From assembly GCA_031400935.1 (NCBI GenBank), contig JANNQV010000025.1:1-64000 (forward strand): a DNA stretch of 64,000 nucleotides. Direction: 5' to 3'. The notes beneath the pieces are model-generated. The model was not told where the DNA came from and ran no database searches. It saw nothing but the letters and a program-made list of their open reading frames with translations. A program made the translations under genes and the position numbers. Source of the stretch: Armatimonadota bacterium. Its GTDB lineage: Bacteria > Armatimonadota > Fimbriimonadia > Fimbriimonadales > Fimbriimonadaceae. Positions 54,759 to 64,000 of this stretch are shown in pieces (the stretch's first letter is position 1; every line of letters begins with the position of its first letter).

Positions 54759-57689
54759 ATGGTTGTCCTCACATTCGTCGCCGCTTTAATTCTTCCAAAT
54801 CCGGAACTGCAGCAAACTCCTCAGCTTCTTAAGAGGCTCAAAGCCCCTTACACAATGGCGGAGGATGTTAAGAAGCATTTCGCGCCGCAGATTGGAATGG
54901 ACACGACTGAACGACTTGCCGGGTATGAAAAGCGGCTCAAAATGGAGTCAGATTCGATAACCCAAGCTTTAACGTGGAGGTCAGTAGGCCCCGAAGTTCA
55001 AAGCGGGCGAGTCATCAGAGTTCTTTCAAATCCTAAAAATCCAGACGATATTTATGTTGCTTTCGCAACTGGTGGACTTTGGAGAACAAAAGATGGCGGA
55101 GTCAAATGGAAGGCGCTTTTTGAAAAGCAAAGTAGCTTTGGGATCGGCGATATGGCTCTAGGACCCGATGGCAAGACCATCTGGATCGGAACGGGCGAGC
55201 ACAACAGCCAACGAACTTCCTATCAGGGAACAGGCGTTTTCAAATCAACCGACAGCGGCGAAACCTGGCAGCACGTGGGTCTTGAAGACATCAATCACAC
55301 AGGTGCGATTTGCGTTAACCCTAAGAATGGGAACGACGTGGTCGTTGCTGGACTAGGACACCTGTATTCGAGCAATTCAGAGCGTGGCATATTCAAGACA
55401 TCCGACGGCGGAAAGACTTGGAACCAAACTCTGAAAATCAATGACCTTACCGGCGTCATTGACATGACAATGGACCCCAATGATCCGAAAACCATTTACG
55501 CATCTTCGTGGGATCGAGATCGAAGGGCATGGGATTTCCGAGATGCCGGACAAGCGACTGCAATTTACAAGTCGGCCAATTCAGGTTCAACTTGGCAGAA
55601 ACTCGATGGTGGGTTGCCATCTGGCGATTTAGGACGAATCGGATTAAGTGTCAGTGAATCTAACTCAAATGTAGTTTACGCATTCATTGACAACTGGAAC
55701 GCAGACCCAGACACGATCTACGACGACGAATACGCCCCATCGGGAACTTTGACTCCGTGGCGATTCCTTCAGTTGAAGGACGAGCAATTTAACCAAATTT
55801 CTAAAGAGGCTATTGAGAGATTCGTGACCCGCTACCTACCTGCAGGAACAAAGGCTGACGACATTATTCAAGGCGTCAAAGGCAAGAAGATGACATTGGA
55901 AGCCGTTGCTCAACTTATGGAAAAACGGAGCGCAAACGTTTTTGCAATTGAAAGAGTCACTCACCAAATATGGCGATCCGATGACAAGGGAAAGACTTGG
56001 AAGAAGACTCACGCCTACCGATTTGGGGTTCATGGAGGCTACTATTTTGGCGAAATCCGCGTGAATCCAACAAATCCAGACGATCTATGGACGCTTGGAA
56101 CTCTTTTGCTTCGATCTAAGGATGGCGGGAAGACCTGGAAGCGAACCGCGAATAGTGTGCATGTTGATTTTCACGACCTATGGTTTGATCCGCGAGATTC
56201 AAAACGAATGGTTGTCGGATGCGACGGAGGACCGTATTTCAGTGGTGATGACGGTGAAACTTGGCGGCATTGGAACAATTTGCCAGTAGGGCAAACCACA
56301 ACTCTAGCGGTTGACAACAAAGTGCCCTACAACATATATGTTGGCTTGCAAGACAACGGAACTTTGGTCGGACCAAGCACATACAACCCCGGGCGTACTT
56401 CGCTCAATGCGTGGAAAGCTATTGGTGGCGGAGATGGAAGCTGGATTGCTGTTGACCCGCGCGATGATGGAGACCTGGTTTATGTCGCCTCGCAATGGGG
56501 ATCGCATCAAGCGATCAATCAGAAAACGAACGAAAGATGGGGCTCTGCGGCTCGTGCTCAGCAAGGCCAGACGCCGCTTCGATATCAATGGATTTCGCCA
56601 CTGATTATTTCATCTCACCACCCAGATATTCTTTATTTGGGATCGCAGTTTGTACATCGCTCGATGAACAAGGGGCGTGCCTGGACGACGATCAGTCCAG
56701 ATTTGACCACAAACCGTGAGCAGGGCGATGTTCCGTACGCGACGATCAAAACTCTGGACGAAAGCCCATTCAAGTTCGGGCAATTGATTGCTGGAACGGA
56801 TGACGGAATCGTCAAACTAACAGTTGACCACGGCACAAATTGGACGGACATAACTCCTCCCGCGAAGAATAAGTGGGTTTCGAGAGTGCTGTTTTCGAAG
56901 TTTGAAACAAACACAGTTTACGTGACCCAAACCGGCTACCGAGAGGATGATTATAGGCCGTACGTTTGGCGGTCCACAGACCTTGGGAAGAACTGGACTT
57001 CCATAGCAAGCAACCTGCCATTGGAGTTTGTGAATTCGATAAAGGAAGACCCGCGAGAGAAGAATATTCTTTACTTGGCTACTGGAATCGGCGTGTTTCG
57101 AAGCACAGATACCGGTAACTCATGGGAAGTGCTTGGCGGAAATTTCCCACGATGTGCGGTTCACGATATCGTGATCCACCCGCGAGATTTGGAGATTGTC
57201 GCAGCGACTCATGGAAAGAGCGTTTGGGTTTTTGACCTCAAACAGCTTGACAAACTGACGGTTGATATTCAATCCAAACCAATCCATATGTTTGATTTAC
57301 CAACGATGGCGTTTACAGACACGTGGGCGATGCGGCGTTCGGAAAATTATGATGGCGAGCCTGCTCGAGAACCAACGGTTGGCAGTTGGCTCTGGCTTAA
57401 GGCAGGCGGAAAGGGAACGATTCGCATAAAAGACGCCGCTGGAAAGGTTTTGAAGGAGAAGTCCTTTGATGCACTCCGTGGGCTTCAGCAATGGACTATC
57501 GAACTCGTCCTTTATCCAGCGACTAGCAAATGGGCGATAGACAACAAGAATCGGCCCCGGACCACGATTGAAGAAATCCTCGCGGATCCATTTGGACCAG
57601 CTCGAGGGAAGTATCTGCCCGCGGGAGAGTATTCGGTCGAAATTTCGGTTGGCGATGTGACCCAAACGGTGAAGTGGAAGTTGCTTTAA
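54759..57689 (+). CDS. Secreted BNR/Asp-box repeat protein (sortilin/VPS10- or GH74-like)
   Basis: At least nine BNR-type repeats (KDGGVKW, TDSGETW, SDGGKTW, NSGSTW, DDKGKTW, KDGGKTW, DDGETW, TDLGKNW, TDTGNSW). N-terminal hydrophobic signal. Confidence 0.65.
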   Translation: MVVLTFVAALILPNPELQQTPQLLKRLKAPYTMAEDVKKHFAPQIGMDTTERLAGYEKRLKMESDSITQALTWRSVGPEVQSGRVIRVLSNPKNPDDIYVAFATGGLWRTKDGGVKWKALFEKQSSFGIGDMALGPDGKTIWIGTGEHNSQRTSYQGTGVFKSTDSGETWQHVGLEDINHTGAICVNPKNGNDVVVAGLGHLYSSNSERGIFKTSDGGKTWNQTLKINDLTGVIDMTMDPNDPKTIYASSWDRDRRAWDFRDAGQATAIYKSANSGSTWQKLDGGLPSGDLGRIGLSVSESNSNVVYAFIDNWNADPDTIYDDEYAPSGTLTPWRFLQLKDEQFNQISKEAIERFVTRYLPAGTKADDIIQGVKGKKMTLEAVAQLMEKRSANVFAIERVTHQIWRSDDKGKTWKKTHAYRFGVHGGYYFGEIRVNPTNPDDLWTLGTLLLRSKDGGKTWKRTANSVHVDFHDLWFDPRDSKRMVVGCDGGPYFSGDDGETWRHWNNLPVGQTTTLAVDNKVPYNIYVGLQDNGTLVGPSTYNPGRTSLNAWKAIGGGDGSWIAVDPRDDGDLVYVASQWGSHQAINQKTNERWGSAARAQQGQTPLRYQWISPLIISSHHPDILYLGSQFVHRSMNKGRAWTTISPDLTTNREQGDVPYATIKTLDESPFKFGQLIAGTDDGIVKLTVDHGTNWTDITPPAKNKWVSRVLFSKFETNTVYVTQTGYREDDYRPYVWRSTDLGKNWTSIASNLPLEFVNSIKEDPREKNILYLATGIGVFRSTDTGNSWEVLGGNFPRCAVHDIVIHPRDLEIVAATHGKSVWVFDLKQLDKLTVDIQSKPIHMFDLPTMAFTDTWAMRRSENYDGEPAREPTVGSWLWLKAGGKGTIRIKDAAGKVLKEKSFDALRGLQQWTIELVLYPATSKWAIDNKNRPRTTIEEILADPFGPARGKYLPAGEYSVEISVGDVTQTVKWKLL

Positions 57690-57692
57690 GAT

Positions 57693-57821
57693 TTGTTCGG
57701 GTTTGTTGTTAGTTATTGGTAATTAGTTGTTGAATTGGAAGTGCAACGAACCGCGAGCTGCTAACAACCAATAACTAACAGCGAATAACTAACAACCAAT
57801 AACCAAGAACCAATAACTATA
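57693..57821. repeat. Long imperfect inverted repeat (GTTTGTTGTTAGTTATTGGTAATTAGTTGTTG ... CTAACAACCAATAACTAACAGCGAATAACTAACAACCAATAACCAAGAACCAATAACTA) between convergent genes
   Basis: The arms are reverse-complementary (TTGTTAGTTATTGGT / ACCAATAACTAACAA). Member of the ACCAATAAC family. Probably a bidirectional terminator. Confidence 0.55.
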
Positions 57822-57829
57822 TTCCGCTC

Positions 57830-58378
57830 TCAACCTTCCACAATTATCGTAACTGGCCCTTCGTTGACAAGCGAAACCTGCATATCTGCCCCAAATCTGC
57901 CCGATTGGACATTGGGGCAGATTTGCTTTAGTTCGTTGAGCAATGAGTTGTATAGCTTTTCAGCTTGATCGTAAGGAGCAGACTCGACAAAGCTCGGCCT
58001 TCTGTTTTTCGAAGTTTCGCCGTAAATCGTAAAGTTTGAAATGCAAAGTATTCCTGCTTTTTTCTGTGGCTCGGGCGTCTCGCCCGAGAGGGGCGTATCC
58101 GTCTCGGACGTTGTCTGATCACCCTTGGGCGAGACGCCCAAGGCACTCATATCCGAGCCGAACATGACACACGAATCAGCCCAAGATAGGTTCATCTTCC
58201 CAGATTGATCATTGAAGATTCGAAGTCCCCATATCCGATCAGCTAGCTTTCTGGCATTGGCTTCAGTGTCGTCTCTGTGCGCAGCGACCAGGACTACAAG
58301 GCCGACACCGATGGCTCCGGTTGCTTCTCCATTTACCGAAACGCTGGCCTGAGAAACTCGCTGAACAACTGCTTTCAT
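57830..58378 (-). CDS. dtd: D-aminoacyl-tRNA deacylase carrying an in-frame insertion of about 35 aa
   Basis: MKAVVQRVSQASVSVNGEATGAIGVGLVVLVAA ... GKMNLS ... SNFTIYGETSKNRRPSF ... GRFGADMQVSLVNEGPVT are canonical Dtd. 182 aa against a typical 145 aa or so. Confidence 0.8.
   Translation of the reverse strand: MKAVVQRVSQASVSVNGEATGAIGVGLVVLVAAHRDDTEANARKLADRIWGLRIFNDQSGKMNLSWADSCVMFGSDMSALGVSPKGDQTTSETDTPLSGETPEPQKKAGILCISNFTIYGETSKNRRPSFVESAPYDQAEKLYNSLLNELKQICPNVQSGRFGADMQVSLVNEGPVTIIVEG
58068..58159. repeat. Double-hairpin palindromic element inserted in frame inside dtd
   Basis: CTCGGGCG-TCT-CGCCCGAG (58070..58088) and CCTTGGGCG-AGA-CGCCCAAGG (58123..58143) are inverted copies of each other, flanked by GGCTCGG / CCGAGCC. 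They encode the extra Dtd residues. Confidence 0.55.
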
Positions 58379-58446
58379 ATCTCAGATTTTAGAACGAAAA
58401 TCAAATTCGCGAACACATTTCATTCATTTCGGGATATAACCAACGC

Positions 58447-60558
58447 ATGACTCTGATAATTCCTATCTTTGTGCTGGCCATGACAAACACCTTTCAAACT
58501 GATCACACCGAAACGAGGAGGTCTGATTTCAAAGAGACTCTTCATGGCAGAGAAATGGCCGACCCGTATCGCTGGCTTGAAGACGCCAATTCTGATGAGA
58601 CCAAAGCATGGGTTCAGGCTCAAAACAAGGTCACTTTTGACTATCTTGCAAATTTGCCTGATCGGAAAGCAATTGCAAAGCGCTTTGAAGAGCTTTACAA
58701 TTTTGAAAAGTTCGGGACGCCTAGCTACATCGCTGGAAAGTATTTTTGGAATTACAACAGCGGCCTGCAAAATCAAGATGTGATTTATTGGGCAAAGAAA
58801 ATCAGCGGCGAAAAGAAGGTGCTGATTGACCCGAACACCCTCTCCAATAATGGAACGGTTGCTCTAAGCGGAATGTCAATCTCAGACGATGGAAAGCGCC
58901 TTGCATACGCCGTCAGCCGAGGCGGTTCTGATTGGAAGGAATGGTATGTCCGCGATATCGAGACTAGCAAGGATTTGGAAGACCATATCGAATGGTCGAA
59001 GTTCAGTGATGCCTCATGGGATCACCAAGGCAACGGCTTTTACTATTCGAGATACGATGCTCCTAAAGTCGGAACCGCTCTTCAAGAGCAAAACTTCTAC
59101 CAAAAACTTTACTATCATCGAGTCGGTGACCACCAAGCGAACGACAAACTGATTTATGAGCGGAAGAATCAAAAAGAATGGGGGATAGGCGGCACGGTCA
59201 CCGAAGATGGGCGTTTCCTCGTTTTACCGATCTGGAAAGGCACAAACCGCGAAAATCAGATTTTCTATAAAGATTTCAACGACAAATCGGGCAAGGTGGT
59301 TGAGCTAATTGCCGGGTTCGACGCTCAGTACACGTTTCTTGGCAATTTCGGGCACATCTTTTACTTTCAAACTGACAAAAATGCTCCTCTTGGCAAAGTA
59401 ATTTCGATTGACGTTCGAGAGCCAATGAACCGAAAAGAGGTCATTCCGCAGTCGAAACAGGCTCTGGAAGGAGTCAGCATGACTGGCGGCAGACTTTTTG
59501 CAAACTATCTGAAGGACGCCTACACGCAGATCAAAGTCTACGATTTGAGCGGACATTTTGAACGAGACGTGAAGATGCCCGGAATAGGAACTGGAGGCGG
59601 ATTTGACGGCAGGCGGGATGACCGATTTACTTTCTATAGTTATGCCAGTTTCGACACTCCGACGACAATTTATAGATATGACATTGACAGCGGGAAAAGC
59701 GAGAAGATTTTTCAGCCAAAGGTTAAGTTTGATCCAAGCAAGTTTGAAACAAAGCAAGTCTTTTACAAGAGTGCAGATGGCACCAGAATTCCCATGTTCA
59801 TCAGCCACAAAAAGGGATTGAAGCTGGATGGAACAAATCCTACGCTTCTTTATGGCTATGGTGGATTTAGTTCAGCAATGACGCCGTTTTTCTCGCCTTC
59901 ACGCCTGCTCTGGATGGAAGCTGGCGGCGTTTCTGCGGTGGCGTGCATTCGCGGAGGAAGCGAGTACGGTAAGGCTTGGCACGATGGCGGAAAGCTGTTC
60001 AAGAAGATGAATTGCTTCCAAGATTTCATATCGGCAGGCGAATATCTGATAGAGAAAAAATACACGTCTAAGCCACGGTTAGCTATTCAAGGCGGCTCCA
60101 ACGGCGGATTGCTCGTTGGCGCTTGTATGAACCTTCGCCCCGATCTGTTTGCAGTTTGCCTGCCCGAAGTCGGCGTCATGGACATGCTCCGCTTCCACAA
60201 ATTCACGATTGGTTGGGCTTGGACGAGCGACTATGGCTCGCCCGACAAGAAAAAGGATTTCGAATACTTGCTGAAGTACTCTCCGCTTCACAACCTGAAA
60301 CTAGGCACGAAGTATCCGGCGACCTTGATTATCACAGGCGATCATGACGACCGAGTTGTGCCAGCTCATAGTTTCAAATATGCTGCTCAGCTTCAGTATT
60401 GCCAGTCGGGCGATGCTCCCGTGATGATTCGTATTGAGACGCAAGCTGGGCATGGCGCTGGCAAACCGACGACGAAGATTATTGAAGAAATCGCTGACAA
60501 ATGGGCGTTTGCTTTGCACAATCTGGCTTACAAGTTGCCGAGTGGGTTTGGGAGGTAG
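58447..60558 (+). CDS. Prolyl oligopeptidase (S9A family)
   Basis: N-terminal beta-propeller region (DPYRWLED) and a catalytic domain with GGSNGGLLVG (Ser nucleophile), Asp and His (QAGHGAG). Confidence 0.85.
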   Translation: MTLIIPIFVLAMTNTFQTDHTETRRSDFKETLHGREMADPYRWLEDANSDETKAWVQAQNKVTFDYLANLPDRKAIAKRFEELYNFEKFGTPSYIAGKYFWNYNSGLQNQDVIYWAKKISGEKKVLIDPNTLSNNGTVALSGMSISDDGKRLAYAVSRGGSDWKEWYVRDIETSKDLEDHIEWSKFSDASWDHQGNGFYYSRYDAPKVGTALQEQNFYQKLYYHRVGDHQANDKLIYERKNQKEWGIGGTVTEDGRFLVLPIWKGTNRENQIFYKDFNDKSGKVVELIAGFDAQYTFLGNFGHIFYFQTDKNAPLGKVISIDVREPMNRKEVIPQSKQALEGVSMTGGRLFANYLKDAYTQIKVYDLSGHFERDVKMPGIGTGGGFDGRRDDRFTFYSYASFDTPTTIYRYDIDSGKSEKIFQPKVKFDPSKFETKQVFYKSADGTRIPMFISHKKGLKLDGTNPTLLYGYGGFSSAMTPFFSPSRLLWMEAGGVSAVACIRGGSEYGKAWHDGGKLFKKMNCFQDFISAGEYLIEKKYTSKPRLAIQGGSNGGLLVGACMNLRPDLFAVCLPEVGVMDMLRFHKFTIGWAWTSDYGSPDKKKDFEYLLKYSPLHNLKLGTKYPATLIITGDHDDRVVPAHSFKYAAQLQYCQSGDAPVMIRIETQAGHGAGKPTTKIIEEIADKWAFALHNLAYKLPSGFGR

Positions 60559-60580
60559 GAAAGCGATTCAATCGCGAGAC

Positions 60581-61504
60581 ATGAAACTGTCGACTTCTTT
60601 GCTTATGGGATCAATGCTCATATGTCTCCTTAGTAATGTTGGATGTTCATCGAATTCAAGAATATCAAATTCGCCCAATCATAGCTGGTTAAACGAAAAA
60701 TCGAGTTTGGATAACGTCAAAGCCTTACCGAGGTTTCATGACATGAAGAAAGGAGAATACACCTTACGAATGGAGAGAGAGTACTTTTTCTTCGTCAGAG
60801 ACGACGGTATCAAACCGCGACTTATAACAGTTGCGGAAATTTATCAGGAGGATCAGGAATCCCTCAGTTTCGCTATAACAGTTAGCCTCCCTTATAAGGA
60901 ACGTGAGAATGGGCTACCTGTCGATGGCGAACTGGATCGAGTTTGCCGAATCGAAGACAAGATCATGGAGCACGTTGAATCAAAAGGTGGACTCTATGTG
61001 GGGCATATTACTTTCAATGGGGCATTGAAGGCCGTATTCTATTCGCCTGTTCGGCTAGAATCTGCCCTTAAGATCAAAACTGGACACTTGAAGTCCATTA
61101 CGATTTCTCTCGAAGTAAGATCGGACCCCAGTTGGCATGTTTATTCACTTGAAATGGCACCTACAACCATTGAAAGAGAACAAAGCACGTACCGCCGGCT
61201 AATGAAAACCCTAAAGGACAGCGGCGATGATCATTCAAAATCTCGCACCGTAGATTTTGCGGCATTGTTCTCAAATGAACACGGCAGAGCAGATTTTCTA
61301 AAAGAAGCTGAGAAACTCGGCTTCGAGAAAAGTTCGACCTTGAAACCCCTATGGACCGATGATGAAGGGATGTTCTGGTGCGAAATGGTCAAAGTGTCAA
61401 CTCTTGAATCCAACGAGATTTTTGAATGTACTTCTCAACTTCGGAAGTTAGCAAATCAGTTTGGGGGCAAGTTTGATGGTTGGGCATGTACAGTCGAGAA
61501 ATGA
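60581..61504 (+). CDS. Lipoprotein with DUF695/RraB-like C-terminal region
   Basis: Lipobox LLSNVGC. C-terminal ...KFDGWACTVEK resembles the RraB-family ending. The ORF opens at 60434 inside the POP gene; the start at 60581 is preferred. Confidence 0.45.
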   Translation: MKLSTSLLMGSMLICLLSNVGCSSNSRISNSPNHSWLNEKSSLDNVKALPRFHDMKKGEYTLRMEREYFFFVRDDGIKPRLITVAEIYQEDQESLSFAITVSLPYKERENGLPVDGELDRVCRIEDKIMEHVESKGGLYVGHITFNGALKAVFYSPVRLESALKIKTGHLKSITISLEVRSDPSWHVYSLEMAPTTIEREQSTYRRLMKTLKDSGDDHSKSRTVDFAALFSNEHGRADFLKEAEKLGFEKSSTLKPLWTDDEGMFWCEMVKVSTLESNEIFECTSQLRKLANQFGGKFDGWACTVEK

Positions 61505-61506
61505 GA

Positions 61507-63768
61507 TCACATTGAGGGAGGTGGTGGCTCCCCGAACTTCATCTGCCCACTTGATTCCTCTACTGTCTTCCGAAAGTCTGCCGGAAGTTGTTCGTACGGC
61601 ACGTAAGAATTTCCTGGCGGCATGATGGCGTCCATCAGATTGCCATTCAGGCTTGCCCTCTCGGTCAGTTGGACAGTAATGGAGTAGGTCACCCTTTTTC
61701 CCATTTTGAAGCCTTCATAGGCTGTAAATCCGCCCCGGCTGTTTCCAGGCAAGTTCGTGTTTGCTGAAACCGAACGATAGATTCCAAGCTCACGAGCGGT
61801 GAACAGTTTGGATTCTTCGCTGGTTGGAGAATTTGCCATGACTGCGTCTTCGTCATCCATTTCTAGCTCAACAAAGCCCGTTGCCGGAATTCCGCCGGAA
61901 AGGTATTCGGTTCTTTCTTCAGAGAGAAATTCGGACCCGCCGCCAAAGGAGAATCCTTCGCCGCTGGAAAACGCTCTGACGGTTCTGTTTACATTTCCTC
62001 CAGACTCAGGAGCCTCGATATTTGGCCCACCTTGCGAATCGAAAACAAGCGAGTGGATCAAAGTTCTTTGATTCGGTCCCAATAACCTCAGTTCAAGCTT
62101 TCCACCATCCATAAGTTGTCGTCGTCGCAACGGATCCAGCGAGCCCCACAGCTTTGTAAGTTCAAAGTCTTGCTGTGCGCCCTTTAGGAAACGTGATCTT
62201 GATTCTGAAACGATTAGGCCGCAATATCGGTCAACAAATCCTCCGGAAACGTACTTCGCGTTCTGCGACTGCAAGTAGTATGCGAGCGTGTCCAAACCGA
62301 GCCTTCCTTCTTTAGCAATAGTCTGAATCAGATTTGAAGTAGCAATTCTTGACGGCCGGGTCAACCGAGTTTGGATTGGATCGAGCGGACGTACTACGGT
62401 CCATCCGTCCTTTGACATGACTTCTGAATCCAACGTTGACGAGACAATTTGAAAGAGTTGAGTCGGCGAAAGCGTTTGGTGAACTCTTGAAGCTAACCGA
62501 GTTGCCGCATAGTCTGGAACAATCGCAATCAGGTTCGACTTTTGTTCATCCGCAGCACCCAATAACGCCTCCGATACAGCAAAACTGAGGGGATCGAATT
62601 TGTCCGGAGACAATAGCTTGGCTCTCCATTCTGGCGTGACAACAGGTTTTGCTGTTGGTGCAGCTGATGGCGCTGTACCGTCCAATGCGATGGCAACTCC
62701 AACTGATTGTCTGGTTCTCCGGCTTCCACCCAAGCTCAAAACAAAGATGTCACTATTGGAGTTTGCAGGAGCATATTGAATCAAAGTTGAATGCTGTTTT
62801 GCTGAATCGGAAAAAGCAATTGGAGTCTCAGTTCCGGTACTTGGAACTGATGATGATGATGTTTCCCTCAAATTCATGAATAGGTTTGATTGACTTACGA
62901 TATTTCCCTTTTGGTCTGCGATCATAAGGCTGAAGGAAATGGAATTTGAACCGTTGCGAAATACAATAAGCAATGCCTTGCCTAGAGGGCTGTTCATTGG
63001 TTTGTTTGCGGACTGGCCGAACATCACAATCTCGTTCTCGGCTCGTTTTGGTTGAGGCAGTGCAGCGCGTTCTGCTAAATAAATGGCATGAAGGCGGGCA
63101 TATTCGTTGAGCGCTAAACTCGCAGGACCGGGAAGAGACCGTTGCATCGCAGTCGGATTTGTTGAAAACACGGTTCGGGTATCTGAAGGAAGTTGGACCA
63201 ACACTTTTGGATCGAGGGAAGCAACAATTTTCTGAAGGCAATAAAGCCCTGGAGTTGTAACTTGCAGGATTGAAGCCGGAGCCGCCAATTCGTTTGCGTT
63301 ATGTAATTCTCCGATTCTGTTCTGGTTCTGAGATTCCCGCTCAGCCTGAATTCGGGCTTGCTCCCGGTTGTAGGGTCCCATCACACCTAATTCTTTTGCA
63401 ATTCTTACTTGCTCAGCAATGATCTTTGGCAGCATTGCCAACTGTGTTCGTGCCCATTCAGCTGTTTCGTGGCGGCTTGTATAAGCTAGTTGATACGAAG
63501 TTCCGCTCCTTTGCCATTCGCCCCCTAAGCATTCGGCGACGTTCGCCATGAATTCGCGAAGGGTCACGTTGTCAACTTTGACAATCACTGGCTCCGAACC
63601 CAAGAACCCTGGAACTGTGAGCTGAACACCCGAATCTTTTGAAACGGTTGCAATTACCGATTTAAGCGGTTGAGCGACAGATTTGAAGGTGACTTTGGTA
63701 TCAAGTTCATCGGCAAAAGCGACTGAACTGATTGCTAAAGTTGAAAAAAGAAGGGTTGCGAATTTCAT
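61507..63768 (-). CDS. Large secreted hypothetical protein
   Basis: Signal peptide MKFATLLFSTLAISSVAFA. 753 aa with coding-like composition and no confident motif. Confidence 0.5.
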   Translation of the reverse strand: MKFATLLFSTLAISSVAFADELDTKVTFKSVAQPLKSVIATVSKDSGVQLTVPGFLGSEPVIVKVDNVTLREFMANVAECLGGEWQRSGTSYQLAYTSRHETAEWARTQLAMLPKIIAEQVRIAKELGVMGPYNREQARIQAERESQNQNRIGELHNANELAAPASILQVTTPGLYCLQKIVASLDPKVLVQLPSDTRTVFSTNPTAMQRSLPGPASLALNEYARLHAIYLAERAALPQPKRAENEIVMFGQSANKPMNSPLGKALLIVFRNGSNSISFSLMIADQKGNIVSQSNLFMNLRETSSSSVPSTGTETPIAFSDSAKQHSTLIQYAPANSNSDIFVLSLGGSRRTRQSVGVAIALDGTAPSAAPTAKPVVTPEWRAKLLSPDKFDPLSFAVSEALLGAADEQKSNLIAIVPDYAATRLASRVHQTLSPTQLFQIVSSTLDSEVMSKDGWTVVRPLDPIQTRLTRPSRIATSNLIQTIAKEGRLGLDTLAYYLQSQNAKYVSGGFVDRYCGLIVSESRSRFLKGAQQDFELTKLWGSLDPLRRRQLMDGGKLELRLLGPNQRTLIHSLVFDSQGGPNIEAPESGGNVNRTVRAFSSGEGFSFGGGSEFLSEERTEYLSGGIPATGFVELEMDDEDAVMANSPTSEESKLFTARELGIYRSVSANTNLPGNSRGGFTAYEGFKMGKRVTYSITVQLTERASLNGNLMDAIMPPGNSYVPYEQLPADFRKTVEESSGQMKFGEPPPPSM

Positions 63769-63776
63769 AATTGAAC

Positions 63777-64000
63777 CTAGTTTCTAACAGTGGATACGAT
63801 TTGGTTTGGCTCGAGGGTTCCTATAGCTGTCCTAATTTGAAATTCTCCCGGCAGAATTGAGAGCACGTAGAGATTGAGGACTAGAAATACTGCAACGAGA
63901 ACAGGAAGATTCCATCGAGGCAATTTCGCGAATAACGATTGCCATCCAATGGCAAAGAGAATCGCAATTGGGCCGATTGCAGGCAATAGATAGCGGGCTT
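63777..64000 (-). CDS. C-terminal fragment of a membrane protein (the gene continues beyond the window end)
   Basis: Hydrophobic ORF with no stop before the window edge. The Met at 63986 may be internal. Confidence 0.25.
   Translation of the reverse strand, partial: ARYLLPAIGPIAILFAIGWQSLFAKLPRWNLPVLVAVFLVLNLYVLSILPGEFQIRTAIGTLEPNQIVSTVRN

Overview
This 64 kb window (about 50% GC) looks like an ordinary chromosomal segment of a flagellated diderm bacterium. Housekeeping genes present are alpha-glucan phosphorylase, a translationally coupled lrp-cysK pair, an M3 oligoendopeptidase, grpE-glmM-coaX, fliD, flhA, guaA, ffh-rpsP-KH-rimM, dtd, prolyl oligopeptidase, and one tRNA-Arg. Many predicted secreted or surface proteins are interspersed: BNR/sortilin-like repeat proteins, a HAF-repeat PEP-CTERM protein, a DUF1559 prepilin-like protein, a PD40 lipoprotein, and a thermolysin/fungalysin-like metalloprotease. 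The lineage markers (PEP-CTERM, DUF1559, BNR proteins) suggest an Armatimonadota/Planctomycetota/Verrucomicrobiota-like organism, but that is inference only. I found no integrase, transposase or CRISPR array, and no single canonical novel system stands out. The most interesting observations are: (1) carB split into two genes with a DUF2071 gene inserted between the halves; (2) a three-gene operon of an Ig-like secreted protein, an OM beta-barrel and a secreted caspase/CHAT-like protein that appears to lack the catalytic His/Cys dyad; (3) an about 140-aa C-terminal module shared by at least two, possibly four, secreted proteins; (4) several families of short dispersed repeats and hairpins (an ACCAATAAC/TAACTGACAAC family, a GTGGGGAGAG/GGATGAGTTGG family, a CCCTTCC MITE-like palindrome, and GGGCG-NNN-CGCCC hairpins), some overlapping gene 3' ends, and one inserted in frame inside dtd; (5) a Ser/Thr kinase fused to four zinc ribbons and a bPH-like domain, preceded by a G-quadruplex-capable (GGGGAT)n tract; (6) an 11-bp-phased direct-repeat array upstream of an SPFH gene. 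A DUF433/DUF5615 toxin-antitoxin pair sits at the 5' end.
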